The notes beneath the pieces were generated by a model, which did not search any database, was not told where the DNA came from, and was given only the letters and a program-made list of their open reading frames with translations. Made by a program: the position numbers and the translations under genes. Of a stretch of 64,000 nt of DNA, positions 1 through 12,481 are shown in pieces. Every line of letters begins with the position of its first letter. The stretch's first letter is position 1. The DNA comes from Antedon mediterranea (lineage: Eukaryota; Animalia; Echinodermata). The DNA lies in contig NC_092673.1 in NCBI RefSeq assembly GCF_964355755.1, forward strand, positions 27,339,648 through 27,403,647, given 5' to 3'.

Positions 1-436
1 CATGCGCACCGCGCACGTAAAAATTTGCGGGCGCGTGGGAATTTTTGACATGCTTAAAATTACATGAAACGCGTAGAAAGTTGATTAGAAATTAATTTTG
101 CGCATTTTGAAATTTTAAATGCGCGTGCGCGCGTAACTTTGTGTGAAACATGCCATTTTTAATCCACAGAAAATTGACTCTTGATATAAATTAAATTTTC
201 ACCAAGTCTCAATACAAATCGACTTTTGGTTTTTAATCTATGATCAATCATTTAAATTCATAAAATTGCGTGCAAGTCACGTTGCGCAACTCTGACGTTT
301 TTCAAAAATAGGAGGTGCACAACTTCACGTAAATGTCTATATTTTGACAAAGTTACGATATGTTCTGTTTACACATTTTAGAGAAACAGGGCTCACAAAA
401 AAAGGAAGAAAGACAGAAGAATAATACAGAAAAGGA
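1..436 (-). mobile_element. Partial HINE/Helentron-type non-autonomous element (copy continuing out of the window)
   Basis: 1-435 is closely similar to ~4182-4620 and more loosely to ~1540-1970, the same part of the two neighbouring copies. It abuts the CTAG end of the next copy at 437. Confidence 0.7.
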
Positions 437-2149
437 CTAGACATGTAACTCGTCACTTTGACGAGTTTGGTTATCCGCCGCGCAAGTGGTGCAACATTAA
501 CATTAAGGGGATAGGTTGAGGACAAAAGGAAGTGTTCACGTTGGCATTATGACCTGAACTGAAGAATATGATATGTTTGTTATTGCTGAATTTTATTATT
601 TAAATTCATATATAGTATACACAGTATAATCTGTATCCATATCACATACAGTGTAGAATAGGTGAAATTACGGGACCCGCTATTTATTGCAATTTTTAAC
701 ATGTTGACGGTTTTAAAATGAAACGCGAAGATAGCAATTCCGAAAGGAAATTATCTCAGCAACAACGTATTAGCGTGTAGAAGAAATTTGAATACGTGAA
801 ATATTGATGCGCGCTCTTTTAAATGTAATGAATTATGACGCAAAAGATGAAAATACGACCTTTTTTATTTAACTGGCCATATAATGACGTCACAACATCC
901 GATTGGCAACATTTTTACATAATTTCGTATCTACAATCCAATAGCTTCCAGAAAAAGTTTTAATCGTGATTATCACATTTTATTCTTTCGAGCTATAACA
1001 GATTAAAATTTACTGTAAAGATGAAATTGATGCCACACGTGATTTAAATTTTTAGGCATGATGACGTCAAAAAAATTAAAATATTTTTAACTCATGCGAA
1101 AGATAGTTGATTGACCTAGACAATATCAAAATCGGGGTGAAAATGGAAATCGGATAAGTGGAGATGCGCTCTATTCAATGTGATGAGCTATGACGAATGA
1201 TACAAAAATCCTAAATTTTATATTCGCGTGGCCATACGATGACGTCACTAGGTCCGGTTAGCCATATTAATACCTGATCCGATATCTATAACTCATCTAC
1301 TTCTAGAATATGTCATCCACAAAAATTTGACCGTTTAGGTTAGAAATTACGACTGTTTAAAAAAAGGCATATTTTAAACGAATTTTTTAACCTTTTCATA
1401 AAAAACGCGCGCAAATTGTCCAATTCGACGTGCTCGTATGACGTATCTTTAAGTCGAAATTGTTTAAAATTTGGTAAAATTACTAGAAAAGGCTGGAAAA
1501 ACATAAATTACGCAAAAAAAATACGTTTTCGATGCTACGTGCGCACCGCACACGTAAAAATGTGCGCACGCGTGGGAATTGTTGACATGCTTAAAACGAC
1601 ATGAAACGCGTAGAAAGTTGATTAAAAATTAATTTTGCGCATTTTGAAATTTTATATGCGTGTGCGCGCGTAACTTTGTGTAAAATACGCAATTTTTTTT
1701 CAACAGAAAGTTAGCGCATGATATAAATTAAACTTTTGCAAAGTTTCAAGTTGAAATGTTATTTGGTTGTCGAGCTATGTTAAATACGACAAAATCGTTA
1801 AATCGCGCGTAAGTCACGTTGCGCAATTGTAAACATCATGAAAAGCTTCGCTGCACATCTTCATGTGCACGACGATATGTTGAGAAAGTTACAAAATGTT
1901 ATGTTTGCAAGTTTTCGAGAAAAGCGTTCCACAAAAATCATACAGAAAGAAAGAAGAGAAATAAAAAGTTGATGTTGATGATGATTTCGTACAATCACAA
2001 GAGGTTATCCTGCAACTTCGTTGCGGATAACCAAAAAAGATCCCATACAATAACAAGGAGTTATCCGCCAAGTGCGGATAACTAAAAAGAAAAAAAAGAT
2101 CCCATACAATAACAAGGAGTTATCCGCACACTGCCATGTGCGGATAACT
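437..2149 (-). mobile_element. HINE/DINE-1-like (Helentron-associated) non-autonomous element, copy A
   Basis: On the minus strand: 5' subterminal repeat plus inverted partner forming a hairpin (AGTTATCCGC..GCGGATAACT, ~2059-2149), a (TTCT)n-like tract, diverged ~350-bp internal subrepeats, then the 3' subterminal repeat GCGGATAACC, stem-loop AACTCGTC-AAAGT-GACGAGTT and terminal CTAG at ~438-441. No ORF. Confidence 0.75.
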
Positions 2150-4670
2150 AACTAGACATGAAACTCGTCACTTTGACGAGTTAGTTATCCGCACAACAAA
2201 CGCCACGTGCACGTCATACTCGTTGGAATTTTGCACACAGAAAAAGATTATGGCATTATGACCTGATCTGAAGAATATGATATGTTGTTAGTGCTGAATT
2301 CTGTCAATTTTGTATCATATACGCCCGTATTCTTAAACCGGACTTTAGTCGTAGTTCGAGCTAAAACTAAAAAAATGACGTCATTTTAATTCATAAACCG
2401 AACTTCAACTAAATCACCGACTAAATCAGGCCAACCTCGACTAAATCGAGACAGATTTTGATCGATTTTTTTAGTCCTGGAGGGGGCAGACTAAATGGTC
2501 GACTAAATGTTTTTTAAACGATGTTTATAAAAAACGTAACAGTCATTGAGTTGTTATATTGGCCAGATATTGAAGAATGAAATATCTATATTTATATTAG
2601 CTTAATTAAATATACATTGGTATAAATTATAATAATGAAAATCATCTTTATTTACAACTGTATACAAATTACATTATTTTCTTCGCGCAAGTCCGACTTG
2701 AGCTACGTCACGCCATAGCGACAATGGGAGATGCGGCAATTCACCACGCGATGGAATGTTTATGGGGCCTAGCGCTTTCTTGTCACGCTATGAAGTGCGT
2801 GGTTCCTTCGTGGCGATCATACTTTGTTGGGGGCCTAGAAAATATAAAAGTTACCGTACCGCCATGGTTCCTAAATATATTTTGAAGATTTTATTTGTTG
2901 TTAATCAAATATACTTCACTGTTAAATTAATACTGATATTGTTCTAATAATTAACGATTAAAATTATTTTTCATGTATATAGTCCTGATGCGTAAAAAGT
3001 GTTGTAAGAAATGGAAAGTGATATCAATGCGCAAAATTTCGTCTGCTCCTCAAATACTCTCTTGTCATTGGCCAATGTATAGCCTTTGTTACCCAGACGT
3101 GTGCAACTCGACTAAAAGCTCGACTTCATTAAGTCGAACTGCAAACTTCAACTACTTCGTTTTTGAATCGAATTTGAAGTAATAGCTCGAACTACGACTT
3201 TTCCAAGTCGAACTTCGAACTACGACTAAAGTCCGGTTTAAGAATACGGGCGTTAGTATCAGTATAAACAGTATAATCTGTATACATATTACATACAGTG
3301 TAGAATAGGTGAAATTACGGGACCCGTCATTTATACCATTTTTTAACATGGCGACGGTATCAAAATGAAACACTAAAATAACAATTTCGGAAGGATATTA
3401 TCTCAGCAACAACATATGAACCTGTAGAAGAAATTTGGATACGTGAAATATAGATGCGCGCTCATTTAAATGTGATGAACTATGACGCAAAATATAAAAA
3501 TACAACTTTTTTTATTCAACTGGCCATATGATGACGTCACTACATCTGATTGGCAAAATGTTTACATGAATTCGTATCTACAATCCAATAGCTTCCAGAA
3601 AACGTTTTAATCGTGATTATCACATTTTATTCTTACGAGCTATAACAGATTAAAATTTACTGTAAAAATGAAATTAATGACCCACGTAATTAAAATTTTT
3701 AGGCATGATGACGTCATCAAAATTAAAATATGTTTAACTCATGCGAAAGATAGTTGATTGACCTAGACAATGTTAAAATCTTGGTGAAAATGGAAGATGG
3801 ATAAACGTGATGCGCTCCATTGAATGTGATGAGCAATAACTAAAGAGACAAAAATCCTATATTTTACATTTGTGTGGCCATATGATGACGTCACAACATC
3901 CGTGAAGAAAAAATTCTGCATGAATTCATATCTACAACATAACTGCTTTCATATTAAATTAAAAAAATCAGGGGTAACGGTTAATCCTGAGGAGCTATAA
4001 TAGATTCAAAATAGGCATAATTTTGACAATATTTTGTAACTTTTGCAACTACAACGCACGCAAATGGTCTAAATCAACGTGTACGTATGACGTCATTTTA
4101 ATTTGAAATGATGTTAATCTTTTTAAAAATGACTAGGAAAGGCTGGAAAATCACAATTTAATATAAAAAAACATGATTTTCATGCTGCGTGCGCACCGCA
4201 CGTGTAAAATTGTTCGCGTGCGCGGAAAATTTTGACATGCGCAAAATGTCATGAATGGCGTAAAAAGTTGATTAGAAATTAATTTTGCGCATTTTAAAAT
4301 TTTAAATGCGCGTGCGCGCGTAACTTCTTGTAAAACATGCCATTTTCAATCAACAGAAAGATTGCCCTTGATATGACTTAAATTTTCAGAAAGTGTAAAA
4401 AAAAAATTATGCTTGGTTTTTAATCTAAGATCAATCATAAAAAATCATAAAATCGCGCGTAAGTCACGTTGCGCAACTCTGACGTCATTCAAAATAGGAG
4501 GTGCACAACTTCACATAAATGCCCATGTTTTGACAAAGTTATGAAATGTTATGTTTACCCATTTCAGAGAAACGCGCCTCACAAAAAGGAAGGAAAGAAA
4601 GAAGAATAATACAGAAAAATATTGATCCAATACAATCACAAGGAGTTATCCGCTACTAAGCGGATAACTA
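2150..4670 (-). mobile_element. HINE/DINE-1-like element, copy B, interrupted by a MITE
   Basis: Begins on + with actagacatgaaactcgtcactttgacgagttagttatccgc, like copy A at 437, and is colinear with copy A apart from the insertion at 2322-3252. Ends in hairpin agttatccgc-tactaa-gcggataact. Confidence 0.75.
2322..3252. mobile_element. MITE / non-autonomous DNA transposon, probably PIF/Harbinger-like
   Basis: Perfect 38-bp TIRs CGCCCGTATTCTTAAACCGGACTTTAGTCGTAGTTCGA at 2322-2359 and 3215-3252. Absent at the matching position of copy A (~610). Flanks ATA/TTA are an imperfect TWA-type target duplication. Confidence 0.85.
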
Positions 4671-5360
4671 AAAAAAAGATTTTTACAATAACAAGGGTTA
4701 TCCGCAACTTAAAGTTGCGGATAACCAAAAAAAAAAAAAAAGATGATGAAACAGGACGATTACAAGGAGTTATCCGCTACTAAGCGGATAACTAATAAAG
4801 ATGAAAAAAAAAAAGATATTTACAATCACAAGGGTTATCCGCAACTTGTAAAGTTGCGGATAACCAAAAAAAATTTGATGAAACAGGACGATTACAAGGA
4901 GTTATCCGCTACTAAGCGGATAACTAATAAAGATGAAGAAAAAAGATATTTACAATAACAAGGGTTATCCGCAACTTACTAGTTGCGGATAACCAAAAAG
5001 ATATATTCACAAGCAATAGGGGATATGCTGCTCACAAAAATCCGGGAAAGAAAGAAGAATAAAGATGAAAAAAAAAGATATTTACAATAACAAGGGTTAG
5101 TTGCGGATAACCAAAAAAAAAAATTTGATGAAACAGGACGATTACAAGGAGTTATCCGCTACTAAGCGGATAACTAATAAAGATGAAGAAAAAAGATATT
5201 TACAATAACAAGGGTTATCCGCAACTTACTAGTTGCGGATAACCAAAAAAAAAAAAAAGATGATGAAACAGGACGATTACAAGGAGTTATCCGCTACTAA
5301 GCGGATAACTAATAATACAGAAAAAAAATGTTGATCTCGTACAATAACAAGGATAACTAA
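4630..5360 (-). repeat. Tandem array of alternating hairpin modules equal to HINE 5' termini
   Basis: Alternating ACAAGGAGTTATCCGC-TACTAA-GCGGATAACT and ACAAGGGTTATCCGCAACT..AGTTGCGGATAACC modules separated by A-rich spacers. About nine intact hairpins plus partial ones. Confidence 0.85.
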
Positions 5361-5435
5361 TAACAATATGCAAACAAAGTGGTTGTCATTGTCACTTCAT
5401 ATTTGTTTATTTGACTGTCAATAATGTTTTCAGGT

Positions 5436-5520
5436 AACAAGGCCATAATACATGGCTTCAGTCGCGTGCTCAAATTTGAGTTAGTGTTTACCGACCATCC
5501 GGCCGACATAGTGAGCTTAC
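5436..5520. mobile_element. Fragment of a second small interspersed repeat (probably HINE-like); related copy at 63427-63490
   Basis: taacaaggc..cagtcgcgtgctcaa..gttagtgtttaccgacc..catagtgagct is shared with 63427-63490 and includes an (ACCG)n-like tract. Confidence 0.55.
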
Positions 5521-7409
5521 CAAAAATACGAATTATTTATTACAAATTCGAGAGCAACAATCCGGAAAATTTAGAACAATCAGAAATAGATTGATAGAAA
5601 TGATAAATTATTACATTTACCGTATCAACAAAAACTGGCCATATTTGCGACTTTTCAATGAATTCCGAATTCGTTAGAGTCAATAATAATTATTGTTTTC
5701 ATTATTCATTATTATACTGTCGGGCCTAAATTAAACCCTATATTAAGCTGAATTTTGGAAAAGAGGGCGAGCGATCACTAGGTTTACATTTAATACGCAA
5801 TCAAAATTAATAATAAAACTGAAAAATCTTAGAACATTTAAATTGTTTTCGAAATAGAATTTAACAGGAAATCAATACATTTGCATATAAACCAGGTGAC
5901 ACTAGTCATACATGTATGTGTACTAGTGAAACGTTGATGGTTTTAAATACCTAGAAGGAAGGGGGAAAATGTAAATAATAAATAAATTTCGGAAAAAAAT
6001 ATCTTTAATAACGAAGATCATCCCAAATAATCAAACTGACGAATTAAAATCTATTTATTGTTTGTAAAAAAAGTGAACGACTAGATCCAATGTGTTGTTG
6101 GAATTCGGAAGAATAGTACCGGTAGGAGGTATTTACCATCATCACATTTGTATTCAAACTGCGCTTTACTGCGGCGTTTAAACCATTGCAAAAACGGCCA
6201 CGAGTTACTATATACTAGAAATGACTATGGGCCTAATTAACACAATCATATTAAATTATTAACAATCAAATAGTAATGGCATACTTTATGGTAGAATCAT
6301 TTTAGCTTACCCCAATCAGCAGAATAAAGCGACTTGTTACTTCCAGCTAGCAATTCCACTGCCGGTTCCGCCGGTCAAACTGAAATAAGTATTCTATTCA
6401 GAGTTGCCTATCCCTACTGGCATTCTCAGCGGATCGGATCGATCTCTTACATTACAGCATGGAGTACAGATATGTTTAAATAATAGCCAAACCTTTTCTT
6501 AATTTCTTATTCTAGTACATTTTCCCAAAGATATATAGACGTGTTATTTCTTCTACTTTTAAACTTATAATACTGTTAGTACGTTAGTATTATAAGTACG
6601 GATTGCATGATTTTTGACGAATAAGTGTTGGTATTTTAAAATAATGTTAAAACTTCAACCACCTCTCTATACCATGGCCTAAAAACATAAAAATGAAGAT
6701 AAGTTAAATAAGACTTTGAATAGGTTATTTTGCAGTTTTAATTAAAAAAACCAACTAATAATGTTTTCTCATATAAAATGACAGAATAAATTGTAAAATT
6801 CAACCATTAGCTGGCAGCCAATTTGACTATTTTTTTTGCTTTAAATTACAGGTTTTTCAGGTAGGCCTAAATACATTTTTTTCCGATTTTTTTCAAAATA
6901 CTAGGCCTATATTATGTTATATTAAAATGGCAATTAAAAAAAAAGAAGATGGGACAATTTAGGCCTATCTTTAATTCATTAATTCATGCCTATAGTAATA
7001 AATATTGAAGGATTATTATTGGACAAAAGTTTTGGTATCTTGGTATTGGACAATGGATCAACCATAGAGATAGGCTCTAATATCCTCTATTACGATTTTA
7101 CATCATCATTCCTCCTCATCCTGATTTTAGGCCTAGGCCCTATATCGAACAATAACTCTTCCTACATCACGATGATGGCGTGCATTTCATTGTAAGTAAG
7201 GAGTATGCATTATACGTTGTCATTATACAGAAAAAAGTAGCACTTTTCTATTATATATTTACGATTTTTAAACCTATTTAAAAATCGGCTGGTCAAGTCT
7301 CAAGGCTTTTAATTCTTATCTAGAACATTCCGTCACAGCTCAATGATTTGGTGAATCAGCGTTTTTTCCCACACACAGAAGTTTGTTTATTTAATTCGCA
7401 TTTGTCAAA

Positions 7410-9764
7410 ATGTCGGTTTCAGAAGAACGTATACCTTTGGCTGAAATAATTACAATTGACACTGGTAACATAATTAATTGGGCAAACATGAAGCGAAAAG
7501 TGCCGACTTCTTCAACAGATGAGGTAATTTAAGCTACAAAAATTATAATAGATCGGTAGGCTAGGCCAGGCTCATGCAAGCTTAGTCGTCGTTGGTGGAG
7601 AGCGAGGATAGGGATTGCAGTACGACTTTCGCTGGTGACCAGTGGTAACGATATATCGAGGCCTAGCCTCAGATGGTGAGAAGCGTTGAGTTGATTTGTG
7701 GTGTAAACAAAATCACCACACGAATTTGGCACACTGACACTTGACTTGTCAGTTTCGATTCTCCCCACCATTCCTTGTTCCTCCCCCGGCCAATATGCTG
7801 TCTCCCCCCCCCCCATTATATACCCACCCGCTGTCCCCCAACATATGTAGCATTTTAATACTGTATTCCCATTTACACATTAGACACAATACTATAGTCG
7901 AATAGTCCTATAATATCATTAAAATTTTATATTAAAAGTCTAGTATAATTTTGTATAATATAAACTAAAAAAACATTTTTATCAATAGATTCGAGTAAGT
8001 ATTGATACAACCTTAAGTGCCTGTCAAAAAGAGGCTGACCTTGAAAAGCAACGTGACCTTCGCCAACTTGTGTGCTGCTATCCAAACAAAATTCCAAGTC
8101 TAGAAACAAGAGAAGAACAGAAAATTACTGTAAAGTTGTTCATTTTCAACACAGAAGTAGAAATATTCAAAGAAGCTATTCAAAAAGGTATAGGCCTATG
8201 TAAATCATACCGAATAAATGTAATTTACCAATGAATTTTGGTGTTATTAATATACTAAAACAAATAAATATATAAAATATGGTATATACTTTATATTCTG
8301 TACTTATTTTTTCAGCCTTAAAACAGCTTTCAGTGACGATGATTGATACAGTCTTACTGAGCATGCCCGACGAACCTGATGATGAAAATCTAACAATAGA
8401 TCATGTGAAACCTCTTTGGGAAATTCTAGAGGGATATGTGGCCCAGGGTACTATTGGAAACTTGGGCGTTAGTGATGTAGACCTACCACTGTTTGTAGAG
8501 CTTTATAATTGGGCTGAGGTATGAGCTTAGTTGCAGTCTAAATATAGTGGTAGTCTTAAGCTCTGTTTACACTATCAAACTAGTTTGACAAAAAAGTATG
8601 ATGTGCCCAAATATGGTTGTGATGACATCATCGTGTCCATATATGGGCACATCACATTTTGTTTGTTGCATAATGTTTGATTGGCTTATATATAGAGCCT
8701 AATACAAATTCCTTACCACACAAAGTTCAAGACACAAAATCCTAAAATACCAAAAAAAAACTAAACAATTTAAGATGAGATGCAAAGGAACTATTTTCAC
8801 TGGTTTGTAGGGAGATTACACATTTATTTTTTGGTGTTCAATGGAGTAGAACCCCTTCTTTGGTAGACCCCTAATAAGGGGACACTTTCCTGTGAAACAA
8901 ACAAGATATATAAGGAAAAATTATATCTTTAGCACTAACAGTCCCCTATTCAGTGGACAACCTTATTAAAAGGGGACACTTTGTTGGGTCCTGAAGGTGT
9001 CCTTTAATAGTGGTTCAACTGTTGTCATATGTTTGTGTTTTTTTTTTCAGGTTAAGCCAATGATTAATCAGTTAAACCTGGCTACGTGCTGCGTCATTCC
9101 ACCAGAAATGAAGGACTTTGCAAAAGAAAATAATGTGCAGCTTCTCACACATGCAGACCCACGAAGTAAGCCATTCACATGCCATTCCAATTCTCGGTAC
9201 TGTATCTACTTCCGAGGTATCATAAGAATATTTGGTTATACAACATCACATGTGTTTCACATGTATCTAGTAGTAATCTAACCTTACATGATACAGGCAC
9301 CACATTTGATGTAAATTAGATGCTGTATTACCAAATATTCCTATGATACAGCAAAAATAAATAGTATGTAGAGCATTGCGAATTGGGTACTAGATGCGTG
9401 TATATTCTTGTGGTTCTATTGTATAGCATTGTGGTGCTATTGTATAGTCTTGTGGTGTTTAGAAGGCCCCATCAAATTTTCTTCAGTGCAAATAAAGTTG
9501 TTCTATGTAACGTTCATTGGTAAGATTCTGCTTGAACTATAATATACTGTAATTATTTGTTTTATTATATTTATAGATATCCTACCAGTCGAAGTATTCC
9601 AAGAGATTGTTTCAAACCAATTCAGTTCACGAGATGCTGCCGGCGCCACGTGGTATCCATCGTGGGTTGTACGATACACGTCAATTGTCAAAAACCGCGC
9701 CATTGTTCGCTGCAAGGGATATATTGTACGGGCTCAGCGGAATCTCTCTATCATTGATGGATGA
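7410..9764 (+). CDS. GCLM: Glutamate-cysteine ligase modifier (regulatory) subunit, 5 coding exons
   Basis: Exons 7410-7523, 7989-8187, 8316-8518, 9051-9165, 9577-9764, all GT-AG with consistent phase. Motifs TGNIINW..KRKVP, KITVKLF, PLWEILE..GNLGVSD, VKPMINQLNLATCCVIPPEM..QLLTHADP and WVVRYTSIVKNRAIVRCKGYI match the GCLM aldo-keto-reductase-like fold. Confidence 0.95.
8559..8700. mobile_element. Harbinger-type ~140-bp MITE (family H), degenerate right end
   Basis: agctctgtttacactatcaaactagtttgacaaaaaag..gtgcccaaatatgg..gggcacatcacatttt is the same family as 16820-16958. Confidence 0.8.
8846..9021. mobile_element. Tc1/mariner(pogo)-like MITE remnant; relatives at ~14600-14760, 21708-21760, 42370-42550, 62143-62240
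   Basis: Ends resemble CAGTAGAACCCC..GGTTCAACTG, with recurring internal aaggggacactt motifs shared among the listed loci. Confidence 0.6.
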
Positions 9765-12175
9765 TGTTGAATACAAATATTAAAGAATATACTGTATTAA
9801 ACAACATTCACATTGTTGAAAACTGACCAATCAGGGCATGATTTTTCAAATTTATCAGGCGTAATCATGGTTGCCATGGTAATCTAGAATAAATTTCAAT
9901 GTTATAATGGGTGTGTGATTTGTCTCATTTTCAATGTTGATATAATGAATTAGATGTTCAGTTTTATACAATATTAAAACCATGTATACCACGTTTTTAA
10001 TATTCCGCTTTCCATTTAAACATAAGATGATCATTTTTACATAAAGGACACATATACCGTAAATTAGTATATCCTCACTGTTCTTTACAACAATTCATAA
10101 ACTGTATTTTAACCAATATAGTTGGGAATTATATTTAAAAAATATTTTTAAAATGGCAAACAAATACATTTTTAATGAGTAAATGTATGTGTGGGATTAC
10201 TGTATATGTAATTGTTTTTTAAATGAAATGTTGATTTCCTCTATATTGGTCTATATCAACATAATAAGTAATTATACATAGGTTGTTTATATTTTTGAGA
10301 ATACACTAATTAGAATAAAAATATTAAAAATCAATTTTGTTATTTTATTTATTATTCTTCAATAAACAAAACAATCACAATAATTAATAATACTATTACA
10401 TGAAATATTCCAGTCTTCACTGTCCCTTAAGAATATACATATGATACATGTTATTTACAATAATCTACGATATACTGTCTTCATGCCACAACATCATTTA
10501 ACCAATAAGTACATACTAGCCTTTAAAACGCTTGCAAATATATTTCTATGGAAAGATGTTGAGGAATGCAGTGCGGAATAAAAGCTAATAAAGGAAAGGT
10601 CATTTAACAGGTGCACCAACCCCGACCCAGGAGTACATTTGATTTCACCTGATAAGAGCTACTGCTAAAAGAATAAAATGGCATTAAAAAGGGTTAGTAA
10701 CCTTAAAAAACACATGTTTCCAGAATCCTACCTGCTTGCTACACTATCTAGCTGGTGAAATTATTTCTAAATTACATATACGCCCATAATAGAAATTGCT
10801 AAACATACAACATACTGTACTAATCTACCCTGTACGCTGAATATAGTAGAGATATACTTTATTAAATTAGTAGAGGAATGGAAAACGGTACAACTGGTTC
10901 ACATATAGATATCGTATTCATCATACACACTATGGTGGAACATAATAGATGGGTTATTAATTATTGGTAGAACATTTGGTTAAAAATGCACATTGTATAA
11001 TAGACAAGGGGTACTGTATATACCCAGGAACCAACGGTAAAGGGCAACATAAATAAATTAAAAAAATACAATAACTTTAACGAAGTAGTTTGATATTTAA
11101 TTACTGATTTACGGTAACAGATTCCATTCAATATCTGTAAGCAATTACATATATATTTTGATATAGCAGATATAAATAACACAAACATAACTATACTTCT
11201 ATTTTATTATTTCTTATATTAAACATACAAACTAGATGCCTCTGATACAGCAAGTAGTCATGGCAGTGGGGGTTTAAGAATTTTGAAACCAGGCGTAGAC
11301 TTTTGGATAAAGTATATTTTTTTTTGTTTGGAGTACTTTACGTTGAAGATTGGTGTTTGTCAACGTTAACAAATGTTTATTATTAAAATTAGATTTTCTG
11401 CTGAGCACAAAGGTTTCCAAATTGTAAATTAAACTTCAATATTATACAAGTTTATTGTTCAGGATATTTCTAACAGGGGAGCCTCAACAAATAGTGTTAT
11501 AAAGTCTGAATTCAGAATTTTATTTTAGCTGTCAAAAAAAGGAGTGCGCGACTAGAGCAGAATTCTTAATCAGCTCTTGTCTCCACGTCGTCATGGTACT
11601 CACAGCTGGATTTTATACTTAATTTCAAATAATCTATTGTTACCGGTGTAACAAAAGAACAAAAGTTAAGATTGACTTATTAGATTTCTCTAGTTTTGGT
11701 GGGAAGAAAATAGATTAAATAGAATTATATTTTATTTTAAATAAATATAAACAATACGTAAAATAAGTTTCATAAAAAATATTCAACAGTACTATCAACA
11801 AAAACTACTGTGGTACGTTAAATAAATATCCATATTTTGTATACATATAATAATAATAACAATTATTACTGCAGAACTATACGATCATTACTGCAGTAGC
11901 ATCATACAAATTAAAACAAGAAAAGCAGCATATACAATATAAATATATTAACTGTTATTGTTTACTACAGTACATAAAATGAAAATTGCAATAATCAGAT
12001 ACTGTGAAATAATACCATTTTCAATTTCACAGTAAAACTGTCCTTTTTTGAGTCTGTATTTAAGGATGAGTAAAGCTGAGATAGCTGTGGTATTTGTTTT
12101 CACCTATAAATTAAATCTCTATCCAAAATTACAATATAAACCTATATATCATACGTTAGGGAGCGGTATAGAAGA

Positions 12176-12312
12176 GTGACCATTACGAAGTTGTTTTAAA
12201 TTGGGGAGGTTTTAAACATATGATTGACCATTACGGAGTTGTTTTAAATTTGGGAGGTTTTAAACCTATGACCATTACGGAGTTGTTTTAAATTGGGGAG
12301 GTTTTAAACATA
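12176..12312. repeat. Minisatellite, about 3 copies of ~42-48 bp, in the presumed RABL6 3' UTR
   Basis: tgaccattacggagttgttttaaattggggaggttttaaac repeated three times. Confidence 0.85.
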
Positions 12313-12481
12313 TTTGATCCCTATCTCATCTAAATATTTGAAACATTTTAAAGAGTAAATTTATAATATCTAAAATCATTTTCAAAATGTATATTTCTTT
12401 TCCTGCTTTTCTCAAATTTATTCATTTTTTACATTACAGTACAAGGTTTTGTGAGAGTGAATTCAAAGAGTAACAAGAGAA

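Noticed and set aside
4630-5360. CRISPR-like repeat/spacer appearance and ORF 4743-4958
   Set aside because: Spacers recur rather than being unique, there are no cas genes, the context is eukaryotic, and the repeats equal HINE termini. The ORF is a translation of the repeat.
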